From the IMG/VR virus record IMGVR_UViG_3300047195_000798: a stretch of 37,923 nt of DNA. One strand, given 5' to 3'. Below the pieces are notes generated by a model that saw only the letters and a program-made list of their open reading frames with translations, did no database searches and was not told the origin of the DNA. Position numbers and translations under genes: made by a program. The stretch is from an uncultured virus (IMG/VR IMGVR_UViG_3300047195_000798). Lineage: Duplodnaviria > Heunggongvirae > Uroviricota > Caudoviricetes. Position 1 is the first letter of the stretch. Each line of letters starts with the position of its first letter. This document shows positions 9,052 through 17,665 of the stretch, in pieces.

Positions 9052-9828
9052 ATACCGAATTGGTGTTATCAGACATTGACCATCTCTGGACCAGAAGCAG
9101 ACCTGCAACGGTTCAAAGAATGTGCAAAAGGAAAAGAATCTGGGGACGGCCAGGAATACGTTCTCGATGCCAACAAGTTCATTCCGATGCCAGATTCTTT
9201 GAACATAGAATCCGGATCTCAGGACGTGCTCTATGATGTATGGTTTGGGAAGATGCCGGAAGTTGAGTGGCTTCCAAAAGACAGGGAGGCTGCAAAAGGG
9301 CAACTTCGAAAGGAATACAAAGAACGAAAAGAGCCATTGGATGCAGATAAGATTGCAGAGCAGTACAAATTCAACGTGGACAACTATGGATGCAAGACGT
9401 GGTATGAATGGCACCTGAGATATTGGGGCTGTAAATGGAACTTCAGTGAACCAAGCCTTAGAGAAGAAAACGGAGCATTGATATATGCTTTTTCTTCTGC
9501 ATGGTCGCCAATGATTCCGGTGATACGCAAGATGGGCGAAATGTTCCCGATGCTGAGATTCGAAATGGAATACGATGAGGAGAGCCACGCTTTCGTCGGG
9601 AAATTCGTCGTATGGCACGGCATGATATTGGAAGATGAGAGCCATGAACCGGCACCGGAAGAATACATGAGCGAGGAAGAAATAGCGGAGTCGATGGAAG
9701 AGCAGTTGCAGGACATAGACGATCATCTGGCCGAGTCTGGAGAAAAAGGCGAAGAATTGAGACATCAGAAAAAGGGGGAAGAAAGCATGCTGCCTAGATA
9801 TGCACATTTAAGAGAAGGCAATGAATAA
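9052..9828 (+). CDS. DUF1281/YubB ferredoxin-like family protein, probable ATA start
   Basis: (M)PNWCYQTLTISG N-terminus, WYEWHLRYWGCKWN, FSSAWSP, YDEE motifs. Confidence 0.8.
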   Translation: MPNWCYQTLTISGPEADLQRFKECAKGKESGDGQEYVLDANKFIPMPDSLNIESGSQDVLYDVWFGKMPEVEWLPKDREAAKGQLRKEYKERKEPLDADKIAEQYKFNVDNYGCKTWYEWHLRYWGCKWNFSEPSLREENGALIYAFSSAWSPMIPVIRKMGEMFPMLRFEMEYDEESHAFVGKFVVWHGMILEDESHEPAPEEYMSEEEIAESMEEQLQDIDDHLAESGEKGEELRHQKKGEESMLPRYAHLREGNE

Positions 9829-9904
9829 TTATCATGGGGAGCAACATGGTTAGAGAGACAATCGATAGGTATCAGGAAGAAAAGTTGAAAAGACCGGAGG
9901 TAAA

Positions 9905-10090
9905 ATGAAGAAAATGAAGAAGCTCGTCCTACGATATCCAGATGGGCGGTCTCTTTACAAACACCCTGAGACTGCAGAGGAATTCAAGAAACTGTTCGAC
10001 AGGATGCGGGAATGTAAGAAGATCAACGACATCGATGGCGTCTTCACCTGTGCGATGCAGCTGATACCGACAGTGATGGATGTCCAATGA
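9905..10090 (+). CDS. Small hypothetical protein
   Basis: GGAGGT RBS; ORF track. Confidence 0.6.
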   Translation: MKKMKKLVLRYPDGRSLYKHPETAEEFKKLFDRMRECKKINDIDGVFTCAMQLIPTVMDVQ

Positions 10091-10341
10091 TGAAAGAAAT
10101 AGTATCGGTGGATTGGATAGATACGACCAAAAAAATAAGCGACGATTCTTTCGATGAGAACGGAGATATCGACAATAGATTGTCTTCCATGAAAACGATT
10201 GGTTGGCTATACCAGGAATCGGAGAAGACAGTTCTATTGGTGCAAGAATATGACGGAGATTCACCAAGAGATTGGATTGTTATTCCCCGCGTGCTGATAA
10301 TAAAGATGATGCATGTAAAAGGGAAAAGTGAGTTGAAATGA
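10087..10341 (+). CDS. Small viral-type beta-barrel protein
   Basis: VxWxD...TIGWL...IP pattern typical of small phage proteins. Confidence 0.6.
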   Translation: MMKEIVSVDWIDTTKKISDDSFDENGDIDNRLSSMKTIGWLYQESEKTVLLVQEYDGDSPRDWIVIPRVLIIKMMHVKGKSELK

Positions 10342-10511
10342 ACGACATCAAGATAGACGAGATCATGCCATCCTATGAGAACTATCAAGTGAGGATTGGT
10401 CGGAGGTGGGTCTATGTGTCGAGGGAGACGATGAACCACATCATTAAAGGGGTGACGGTAAAGGCGAACATCGTCAAGAAAAGAACGAGAACCTGGATTG
10501 AAGTGGATTAA
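10338..10511 (+). CDS. Small hypothetical protein (57 aa)
   Basis: Read manually; ATGA overlap. Confidence 0.55.
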   Translation: MNDIKIDEIMPSYENYQVRIGRRWVYVSRETMNHIIKGVTVKANIVKKRTRTWIEVD

Positions 10512-10520
10512 CGGGGGTGA

Positions 10521-10697
10521 ATGATGCCAAGATATCTTGGATACGATTCGGAAGATGGTTTTATGATAATAGATGGAGCAGATGACGAGCAGAGCGCAAG
10601 CATTATGATGAACCAGGATTCCGTGGTCCTTGGCGAACTGAACAAAGATATGGTCAAGAGCATGCGCCACGTGTTAACAGATATAGAAAAAACATAA
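10521..10697 (+). CDS. Small acidic protein (58 aa)
   Basis: Read manually; GGGGGTGA RBS. Confidence 0.55.
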   Translation: MMPRYLGYDSEDGFMIIDGADDEQSASIMMNQDSVVLGELNKDMVKSMRHVLTDIEKT

Positions 10698-10712
10698 TCA
10701 TTATATATTAGG
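10698..10712 (+). promoter_or_regulatory. Putative archaeal TATA box upstream of the wHTH/histone operon
   Basis: TTATATAT preceded by an A-rich BRE-like tract, about 35 nt before the GGAGG/ATG. Confidence 0.5.
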
Positions 10713-10743
10713 CAAGCGATTCAATTCGTTGGAGGACTATTTT

Positions 10744-11124
10744 ATGAAACAGATGGATAGAGAGATTTTAGATGAGGGGGACATGGAAACGGTGAAACTA
10801 CTAACGGCGTGTGGTTGCAATGGCAATGAAGCAAAATGTCTTTGCTTTCTGCTGTCGCATGAAACAGCAATGGCGCCAGAGATAGAAATAGCGATGGATA
10901 TGAGACAGCCGGAGGTGTCTGTCGGGCTCACGGCATTATTTGACAAGGGCCTGATCTCTTACAAAAAGATACCTGCTGAAGGAAAAGGTCGTCCGAAGCA
11001 GAAATATACCCTTGATGGGAAGGAAATCGTGCATAAAGAACTGAAAAAAACATTGATGGACGTAATTCGTGATGCCAACGTGCATATGAACGATATCGAC
11101 GAGCTGTTCTTGGCATTGAAATGA
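10744..11124 (+). CDS. Archaeal winged-helix transcriptional regulator (TrmB/ArsR-like, COG4738 type)
   Basis: EIEIAMDMRQPEVSVGL...EGKGRPKQKYTL signature. Confidence 0.85.
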   Translation: MKQMDREILDEGDMETVKLLTACGCNGNEAKCLCFLLSHETAMAPEIEIAMDMRQPEVSVGLTALFDKGLISYKKIPAEGKGRPKQKYTLDGKEIVHKELKKTLMDVIRDANVHMNDIDELFLALK

Positions 11125-11765
11125 AAGCAAAAAAAATGCAAAAGAAAGGCGTACAGAAGGGACGACCGAATCTTCAGAAGCCACGGAAGAAAACTAAACG
11201 GAAAGAAAGGAGAAAGATACTCTACCCGAAGAAAAAAGGTCGGTTGACAAAAGCAGAGGCAAAACGGAGAGTGAAAAAACTAAAAGGAGTAAAACTGGTA
11301 GAACTCAATTTGAAACGGATTAAACCAATTAAACCAAAAGTTAAACCAAAGGTTAAACCAGCAGCGAAGATCAACCGCAACATCGTGGCAAGACTCATCC
11401 GGGAGAGTGCAATAGTCAAGACAGAATACCTCCGGAATGAAAAAACATGCTTCCGGGAAACGAAATTGAAAGTGACACCTGCTTTCATCGATGAATACAT
11501 CGATCGGGTAATCATTGGGATAGAAGCGAACATACCAGTGATATGCGAGCAGGTCCTGGCCAAAGGACGCAAGACGTTGATGGTCAAGGAAGGGAACGGC
11601 ATCAACGACGTCGTGAACTTCTTCGATATGAAGAAGAACACCATAGCTGATTTGCCAAGCAATTTGCCGAAACCATTGATCGAACAGCCTGGATTTAAGA
11701 AACTTTACGAGGAGGAAACGCATGAGCCTGAACCTAAACAAAGAAGGAAGACGGGAACTCGATAA
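11121..11765 (+). CDS. Histone-fold-like protein with long Lys/Arg-rich N-terminal tail
   Basis: INRNIVARLIRE...KVTPAFIDEY...EQVLAKGRKTLM resembles histone a1-L1-a2-L2 (R.I...RVS...GRKT); ~80-aa basic tail with PKVK repeats. Confidence 0.6.
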   Translation: MKAKKMQKKGVQKGRPNLQKPRKKTKRKERRKILYPKKKGRLTKAEAKRRVKKLKGVKLVELNLKRIKPIKPKVKPKVKPAAKINRNIVARLIRESAIVKTEYLRNEKTCFRETKLKVTPAFIDEYIDRVIIGIEANIPVICEQVLAKGRKTLMVKEGNGINDVVNFFDMKKNTIADLPSNLPKPLIEQPGFKKLYEEETHEPEPKQRRKTGTR

Positions 11766-11940
11766 TTTTCTCTTGAATTGTCCCGCAATATCACAAGAGG
11801 AACGCGAAGACATCATGGAGTACGTCAACAAGCCAAACTATGAGAAGGCATACCATCTCTTCATGATGTACCTTGGTGAATTAGATGTAGCCACACAGGA
11901 GAAAATAAGCAAAGGCTTGGAGGAGCACTGCGGACTATGA
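11722..11940 (+). CDS. Small hypothetical protein
   Basis: GAGGAGG RBS; ORF track. Confidence 0.6.
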   Translation: MSLNLNKEGRRELDNFLLNCPAISQEEREDIMEYVNKPNYEKAYHLFMMYLGELDVATQEKISKGLEEHCGL

Positions 11941-12317
11941 CGACAACACAGACATTCATGGTAGAGATTACGGATGTCACGGGGCAGTTCCCCGTGAATC
12001 CACAGAAGATACAAAATGAGTTGGAGAAGATGCTACCGACGTCCCATCACGTACTCGTGATGGAGCGACGGCGGGGGGGCATGAAAAACGAATGGGATGT
12101 CTCCTGTGTGAACGGCGACATGTGTTCAAGTTGCCCAATCATATTCACAGAACAGTGCATCCTGAAAGGAAATGAGCAGCTGACGAAATTCAAGACAACG
12201 GAAGAGTTGGCGAAGTACCGATTGGGTCTGAAACGCCAACTGCAGGAAAAAAAGATACCGTTCGATGTGAGGGAGCCAACGGTCCTGCTTGAGAAGAAAG
12301 TAAAGGGATGCGAATAG
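11937..12317 (+). CDS. Hypothetical protein with Cys cluster
   Basis: ATGA overlap; C...CSSC...C. Confidence 0.6.
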   Translation: MTTTQTFMVEITDVTGQFPVNPQKIQNELEKMLPTSHHVLVMERRRGGMKNEWDVSCVNGDMCSSCPIIFTEQCILKGNEQLTKFKTTEELAKYRLGLKRQLQEKKIPFDVREPTVLLEKKVKGCE

Positions 12318-12320
12318 AAT

Positions 12321-12351
12321 TGTGGGGCAATCCCCACTCTCTATTTTTTTA
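12321..12351 (+). terminator. Hairpin plus oligo-T terminator at the convergence point
   Basis: GTGGGG-CAAT-CCCCAC followed by a T tract directly after the stop at 12317. Confidence 0.75.
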
Positions 12352-12357
12352 TTAACT

Positions 12358-12801
12358 TTAATTATGTTTTTCCCAATCGACCATGTTATCAAAGGTATCG
12401 ACCCGTGATCGAGGTCTTTCGGAGGGGAATAAATATGTCAGGTTGGTAGTAGATTGGTTGGACTCTATCGCTGCTTCCCTTTTTATGGGTCGCGGAGAAT
12501 CATCAAATAACAATGGTTCGGGTCGTCTGGCAAAATCGAGGACGGGCATCGGTCGTATGGTTGTTTCTTCATAGATTGCCGTAGGGCGGATTGCATGGGG
12601 GATGGCTGCCCGCCTGTTGATGTCACGGAACCGTTCCTCTGCTTTTAGTCTCCGGTACGTCGCAATGGCCGACAACGCATCGTTGAGCAGGCGTTGTTTC
12701 AGCAGTTTTCGGTATTCGACGAAAGCATGGTATAACTCATTGGCAAGACCCATGCCAAATGCACCTGCGAATGCATTGGCGAGAAGTTGTGTCAGATCCA
12801 C
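12358..12801 (-). CDS. Hypothetical protein with N-terminal hydrophobic helix
   Basis: GTG start with GAGGG RBS; LANAFAGAFGMGLA. Confidence 0.6.
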   Translation of the reverse strand: MDLTQLLANAFAGAFGMGLANELYHAFVEYRKLLKQRLLNDALSAIATYRRLKAEERFRDINRRAAIPHAIRPTAIYEETTIRPMPVLDFARRPEPLLFDDSPRPIKREAAIESNQSTTNLTYLFPSERPRSRVDTFDNMVDWEKHN

Positions 12802-12812
12802 GTCCGTCCCTC

Positions 12813-12848
12813 AAAAAAAATAAAAAAAAAGAAGAGTCGAACTCTTCT
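12813..12848 (-). terminator. Hairpin plus oligo-T terminator
   Basis: Minus strand AAGAAGAG-TTCGA-CTCTTCTT followed by long T tracts right after the stop of 12848..13807. Confidence 0.75.
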
Positions 12849-13807
12849 TAGATTACCACTGGCACTGCGGTCAATAAGGTCTCGAATGCGTAGTGCCCTG
12901 GCATGATGTTGAAATCAACGTGATAGCAGCTGATCCAGCAGTAGGTGGATAGGGGTAGCAGTATGTTGGTGTCGAATTGCGGGAAGACGTAGGGGAGGCA
13001 GTATGGCGTCCAGTCGTCACAGTCAATGTAGAGGGCAAGGTCTGTCTCGAACAGGTAGCATCCCGGAGTCCAGCTGATCAATTGGCCATCTAGTATATTT
13101 TCAGTTGGAACTAACCAGAACTTTGCTCCGCTCGTGTGTTCGTAATCAGGATATGCGCCAGTGTTTCCCGCATTCCAATCATCTGCATATGGCATGGTCG
13201 CAATATCTTTTGAGCCAGATACTGTTCCGCTTCCATCGAACTCCATTCCATCAATCACGAATACTTTTCCCCAGACTTCGAATCGCGGATCCTGATCGAT
13301 GTAGTAGACCAATGAGTAGACTCCCTCTAAGCCCCAGTATTTAATGCTATAGTCGAAGGTACTTCCACAGGTGTTGAAAGTGATGTCAGCTCCCATGTTC
13401 TCTGCGTTGATGACATTCCATTGTGCATCTTTGTATCTGAGTTCAATCATCTGTGAATCGCCGAAGATGTGATGAGATATGCTGACTCCCTCAGGACCGC
13501 TACCAGGATAAGCCGTGGCAACATCGGTAATGGTTGCAGTTGCCGCTTCGCAGGCTTGGTTCTTTATCAATAGTTTGTAGCAATAGTCGGTACAGTGGAT
13601 GACATCGCCAAGGTCTCTTGCTATAGGTTCATTCCAGTTGTGCCAAGTGATACCAACTGGTCCTGGTCCTGGCTCTCCGATAACGATGGACTGTTGGACG
13701 TTCATAGTCGTGGTGACTTTGCCGAAATAAGGTAGCAAAGCCGCACTTACCAGCGTTGTGCTCAGGAGTAAAACCCCAAGCACCACTAAGATTTTGCTTT
13801 TTTTCAT
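12848..13807 (-). CDS. Secreted TasA/CalY-like filament subunit
   Basis: Signal peptide ending VSAALLPYFG followed by alternating strand KVTTTMNV; C-terminal PGHYAFET. Confidence 0.55.
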   Translation of the reverse strand: MKKSKILVVLGVLLLSTTLVSAALLPYFGKVTTTMNVQQSIVIGEPGPGPVGITWHNWNEPIARDLGDVIHCTDYCYKLLIKNQACEAATATITDVATAYPGSGPEGVSISHHIFGDSQMIELRYKDAQWNVINAENMGADITFNTCGSTFDYSIKYWGLEGVYSLVYYIDQDPRFEVWGKVFVIDGMEFDGSGTVSGSKDIATMPYADDWNAGNTGAYPDYEHTSGAKFWLVPTENILDGQLISWTPGCYLFETDLALYIDCDDWTPYCLPYVFPQFDTNILLPLSTYCWISCYHVDFNIMPGHYAFETLLTAVPVVI

Positions 13808-13812
13808 TTATT

Positions 13813-14430
13813 TCACGTTTCCTTTTTCCTCTTTCTTAGAATTAAGAATATGAGGAGAATGATACAGAATGCGATAAAAGCGAACATGATGATGGGAAGC
13901 CAATATGATGGCTGTTCAGCTGGCGGTGGAATTATCGGAAGTATGGTATCATTTGTTTCGTTCTGTTCTTCACCGGGAGTTGGATTGTCAGTTGGATTGT
14001 CACTTGGGGGTGGAATTACTGGATTTCCGCTGGATGCATGGACATGTCGTCTTATGGGGGCCGGCGTCTCTTGATCGGCATACACGGTAGATGTAATGAT
14101 ATATTGTCCAGGCGCAAGGAGCATGCTCGTATTGATATGCATCTGGATTGTATAGACCATATTGGAAAGGAGCATCTTCGGCATATTCGAATACGTCACA
14201 TCGATGCCAAGGGAATCGGGAACAACGGTGGTTGTGATATGAAAACCGCTGATCGTATTCAAGTTTGATGTTTGGAACTCGAACGTGATGTTCTGCGTGA
14301 TTCTCATTCCCGCGATGAGGTTCTTGGTGTAATCTGTCTGGGAAATGACGAAATCAGCCTTTGCAGGAACGAACAGGGCGCAGCAGGAAATGAGCAGCAG
14401 CACCGATAAGACTGCAATTATTTTCTTCAT
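13813..14430 (-). CDS. Secreted Ig-like protein with Pro-rich linker and C-terminal TM anchor
   Basis: Signal peptide (AKA/D), LAPGQYIIT, Pro/Asp/Asn linker, TM helix plus RKRKK; paralog of 15627..16346. Confidence 0.75.
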   Translation of the reverse strand: MKKIIAVLSVLLLISCCALFVPAKADFVISQTDYTKNLIAGMRITQNITFEFQTSNLNTISGFHITTTVVPDSLGIDVTYSNMPKMLLSNMVYTIQMHINTSMLLAPGQYIITSTVYADQETPAPIRRHVHASSGNPVIPPPSDNPTDNPTPGEEQNETNDTILPIIPPPAEQPSYWLPIIMFAFIAFCIILLIFLILRKRKKET

Positions 14431-14783
14431 GTTTTCTTCTCCAAAAGAATTCTGCTTTTGTTCTTCAGCCTCGCAATCTCAGAGTCAATCTGCTGTTCCG
14501 ATGAGAACTCTTTCGGATATGCAGATGTCTCGCCGGCCTGTTTTCTCAGGTCATTTATCCATTTTATCTGCTTCTCGGTGGGTAAGAAACTGCCATTTGA
14601 AGACGACTTGCGTTCCACTATCCTCGCCTGCCGTATCTCGGAACCAATCTCGGCAAGGACGGCATTGGTATCATATGTAGTAATCGGGAATATGACTTTC
14701 TTATAAGCCCGTATGTTATCCAGCCTCTTCCAAATCTTTGGTATCAACTCTTCTTCGAGTTTCAATTCTTCTACTTCGTTCAT
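14427..14783 (-). CDS. Hypothetical protein with PTEKQ motif
   Basis: PTEKQIKWINDL...SEQQIDSEIARL; GGAGGT RBS. Confidence 0.65.
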   Translation of the reverse strand: MNEVEELKLEEELIPKIWKRLDNIRAYKKVIFPITTYDTNAVLAEIGSEIRQARIVERKSSSNGSFLPTEKQIKWINDLRKQAGETSAYPKEFSSEQQIDSEIARLKNKSRILLEKKT

Positions 14784-14794
14784 TCATAACCTCC

Positions 14795-15034
14795 TCATGA
14801 TGCAGAACCAATGGTATCCTGCATCTGTTTGATTCTATATTTTAGATCAACGACTTCGGTACCCAGTGAGTCAGAAGTCCATTCCCAAACCTTCCTACAT
14901 TTCTTGCAGGAACAGTATTCGACGTGGGCAATCGGGTTCACACACGGGTCGTTGACGAACTCGGCAATCTTCGGGGTGAATGTACCGCACCTAGGACATG
15001 TACCCTCATTAATGATTATCTGCTTTTCAGTCAT
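14795..15034 (-). CDS. Zinc-ribbon protein
   Basis: CPRCG...CSCKKC; GGAGGT RBS. Confidence 0.7.
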   Translation of the reverse strand: MTEKQIIINEGTCPRCGTFTPKIAEFVNDPCVNPIAHVEYCSCKKCRKVWEWTSDSLGTEVVDLKYRIKQMQDTIGSAS

Positions 15035-15208
15035 TTAACCTCCCTTGGCTTTTTTGATTAAAAGCGTTTTGCCTTTTATTTCTATGATGATGTCTTCGTT
15101 GTCTTTCTTCAGAAAGGGGAATGCAGAATCGCGGGCCATCTTCATAGGGATATGGATGATGACCTTCGATCCATATCGAAGCATTTTACTTTCCGTTGCT
15201 CGTACCAT
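15035..15208 (-). CDS. AbrB/SpoVT-like DNA-binding protein (57 aa, not in the ORF track)
   Basis: Read manually: MVRATESKMLRYGSKVIIHIPMKMARDSAFPFLKKDNEDIIIEIKGKTLLIKK; AGAGG RBS. Confidence 0.75.
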   Translation of the reverse strand: MVRATESKMLRYGSKVIIHIPMKMARDSAFPFLKKDNEDIIIEIKGKTLLIKKAKGG

Positions 15209-15266
15209 TCTCTATCCTCTTTCCATTCTCAAATGTCCAAGAATTGGTAAGGTATAGCGCACCTGC

Positions 15267-15332
15267 TATAAATAGGTTGCCATAATTGAAACCAAAAATG
15301 GAACCATTTTTGTAACTGCAAAAGTTTAAATA
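15267..15332. promoter_or_regulatory. Divergent TATA boxes flanking a perfect inverted repeat
   Basis: TATTTATA on - (15267-15274), TTTAAATA on + (15325-15332), CAAAAATGG-AA-CCATTTTTG at 15293-15312. Confidence 0.6.
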
Positions 15333-15352
15333 GGGCAGTTCCAATACGTATT

Positions 15353-15440
15353 AAGGAGGTTTGGCTTACACGTCTCTCAAAATGCATTTCTCTCCTGCTA
15401 ATTGAACTGTGTTTTTTCGCGTGTAATCCAACCCCCTTCC
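15353..15440 (+). ncRNA. Candidate small RNA with paired 5' and 3' ends
   Basis: Starts about 20 nt after the TATA; AAGGAGGTTTGGCTTACACG pairs with CGTGTAATCCAACCCCCTT (17 of 20 positions); no convincing ORF. Confidence 0.45.
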
Positions 15441-15444
15441 AATA

Positions 15445-15630
15445 TCATAATCGTTTTTGCACCTTGTCCTTCTTTCGTATGATAACTTGATGGAATTTTG
15501 GAACTACTTCTATGTCGAGGTCATCGCCATCTGCAAACGGGAACTGGCTGTCGGAACTGACCGGGGAAAAGATGAAGACCTGTGATTTCCCTTTGTACTT
15601 GTGATACTTGCCGTTTCCCATCAACGTCAT
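15445..15630 (-). CDS. AbrB/SpoVT-like DNA-binding protein
   Basis: VFIFSPVSSDSQFPFADGDDLDIEV...VIIRK; paralog of 15035..15208. Confidence 0.75.
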   Translation of the reverse strand: MTLMGNGKYHKYKGKSQVFIFSPVSSDSQFPFADGDDLDIEVVPKFHQVIIRKKDKVQKRL

Positions 15631-16346
15631 TTGTGGCGCCTCCCGACAATGGTGATCTGCTCTTTCTGTTCTTCTATCGGCCTGACGCCATTCGGGAGGG
15701 TCTCATTGAACGGTACCAAAGGATATCGCCTTCGAAAAAGAATGGTGACGACAAGGCCTATTCCAATGGCAATGATGACGACGATCAGAAGAGTACGGAA
15801 TGCCTCCGCGCTCTGTTTTTCACGGTTGTACTTCGCTGTCTCATTGTCAACGTCTTTCTGCAGCTTTGAATTGCGGACGAAAAGAACGGTCAAGTTTTCT
15901 TGCAGAGAGTTATAGTTGCCCGTCAACAATGCGTACTGCGATTGGATCCAGGGATCGACGACGGTGACAGTATTGTTCTTTATGATAATCTGCGCCTCCG
16001 TCATCACTTCGATAACTGTCCTGATTGTATAGTTCCCGGGCTTGAGTGCCGGGTTGGCCGCGATAATCATCGAGATGTTCTCGTGCTTCGGCTGCAAGAA
16101 AAAGTACCCATTCCATATCGGGATTCCATAGCTAACGTAGAGGCCGGTGCCGTTCGGCGTGATGTTCGTCGAGATGCGAGCGGCAGTAATTATATTCCCA
16201 TTCCAGTCAACAGCGATGCTCCGAGTTATGGTACTTCCACCGGCAAGATGAAAAGCGATGGAAGTTGGACTAATGGTCAGATCTGCTTTAACCAAACTGC
16301 ATGCAACTACCATCGCCACGATACAGATGACGATAGCTGATTTCAT
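15627..16346 (-). CDS. Secreted Ig-like protein with coiled coil and C-terminal TM anchor
   Basis: Signal peptide (VKA/D), LKPGNYTI, heptad region, TM helix plus RRR. Confidence 0.75.
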   Translation of the reverse strand: MKSAIVICIVAMVVACSLVKADLTISPTSIAFHLAGGSTITRSIAVDWNGNIITAARISTNITPNGTGLYVSYGIPIWNGYFFLQPKHENISMIIAANPALKPGNYTIRTVIEVMTEAQIIIKNNTVTVVDPWIQSQYALLTGNYNSLQENLTVLFVRNSKLQKDVDNETAKYNREKQSAEAFRTLLIVVIIAIGIGLVVTILFRRRYPLVPFNETLPNGVRPIEEQKEQITIVGRRHK

Positions 16347-16358
16347 TTAGAGTTATGC

Positions 16359-16970
16359 TTATGACCAAATGTAGCTAGTTGGTCTGATCACTAAACTGAA
16401 TCTATACATGGCGGGAGTAAGGCCGTCTGCAAATTCGACATGGAATGTAAGAAGAATCCGTGTTGCATCTCCACCTGTGGGAAATGTAAACGAAGTTGTC
16501 GCTGGAAAACGTATATCGTAGTTGCTGTTCACCAATAAACCAGCATCCGATATAGGGGCAGTGCATGTGACAGTTATCCCACCATCGCCATCAACAAAGT
16601 TGTATGGGCTCCATGTGTTTCCACCATCAGTGCTGACCATAATCCATATGTCTGCAATACCCAGTATGTCTTGATTTGCTGCATTCGATGCATAGGTGGA
16701 TAAGTCAAAGTTGCTACCGCCAGTGGCTTGAAGATCTTCCCAATCATCCGAAAGAGTGATTGGCGATGTGACAGTCACATTCGTTGTCGCAGTCTGGCTT
16801 AGATAGTTCACCAATGTTGCCGTCGCAATCGTTGAGCAAAGGGCCACGATTAAAATTCCTGCCAACAACCGCTTACGTGGTGATTTTCTCCGTGCTTGTG
16901 GTTGGATAACTTGCGCTTGCCTCACAACACCATCCCTGTGGCGCTGCACCATGTTCATTTCTCGGTTCAT
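16359..16970 (-). CDS. TasA-like secreted subunit, paralog A
   Basis: RKRLLAGILIVALC...ATATLVNYLSQTATTNVTVTSP; ends YRFSLVIRP; GGAGAG RBS before ATG 16970. Confidence 0.65.
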   Translation of the reverse strand: MNREMNMVQRHRDGVVRQAQVIQPQARRKSPRKRLLAGILIVALCSTIATATLVNYLSQTATTNVTVTSPITLSDDWEDLQATGGSNFDLSTYASNAANQDILGIADIWIMVSTDGGNTWSPYNFVDGDGGITVTCTAPISDAGLLVNSNYDIRFPATTSFTFPTGGDATRILLTFHVEFADGLTPAMYRFSLVIRPTSYIWS

Positions 16971-16981
16971 ATTATTCTCTC

Positions 16982-17569
16982 CTACGACCAATTTGCTGGT
17001 CTGATTGTTAAACTGAATCGATATTGCGCTGATTGAAGATATGGACTGAATACTATCTTAATATAGATGTAGGACAGCCCAACTGGAAATGTTATATTCT
17101 GACCTGATCCCGGAATCCGTATGTGTGATCCGCCATAAATTCCCTCGGTCCAAATCGTTCCATTATCCGTGCTCCAATACATAGTAATATTGTGAACGGT
17201 TGTCCCTAAATCAAATGGTAACCAAAAAGTACCATTGTCTGTGCTAAACTCCACTTGTATGTCTCCAGAACCATTCACCGTCTTACTTGCATGGTTCGTG
17301 GCGTTCACAGGTACAATGTATTCAAACTGCGCTTGGCTAGAGTTGAAGTCTTTGAGAAAAATAGGGTTCACAACCGTTATAGCTGGCCCGTTTAGATCGA
17401 ACAATACCACTATCGCAATCAAGCAAAGGGCAGCCACAATCAAAATAATCCCTGCAAGCAACCGTTTGCGTGACGGTGCCTGGGGACTGGTTTGTTCTTG
17501 TAGTACAGCATCATCTATAATATCCTCTCCATCTCTATAACGCTGTACCATATGCATCTCTCGGACCAT
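16982..17569 (-). CDS. Membrane-anchored paralog B of the TasA-like subunit
   Basis: Shares MVQR.RDG, RKRLLAGI, STD.G..W, TFP.G and YRFSL.IRP with 16359..16970. Confidence 0.7.
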   Translation of the reverse strand: MVREMHMVQRYRDGEDIIDDAVLQEQTSPQAPSRKRLLAGIILIVAALCLIAIVVLFDLNGPAITVVNPIFLKDFNSSQAQFEYIVPVNATNHASKTVNGSGDIQVEFSTDNGTFWLPFDLGTTVHNITMYWSTDNGTIWTEGIYGGSHIRIPGSGQNITFPVGLSYIYIKIVFSPYLQSAQYRFSLTIRPANWS

Positions 17570-17665
17570 ACCCTTTCCCTTCCAAAGTTGTTAGACCTAG
17601 TTTCAATCCTAGTATCTCACAGAGTGTATAAATAATTTACCCAAACAGGAAACATTTTTGGAACC

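Noticed and set aside
8947..9807. 286-aa minus-strand ORF (and similar antisense ORFs such as 1233..1925 and 31972..32799)
   Set aside because: Antisense shadows of well-supported + strand genes
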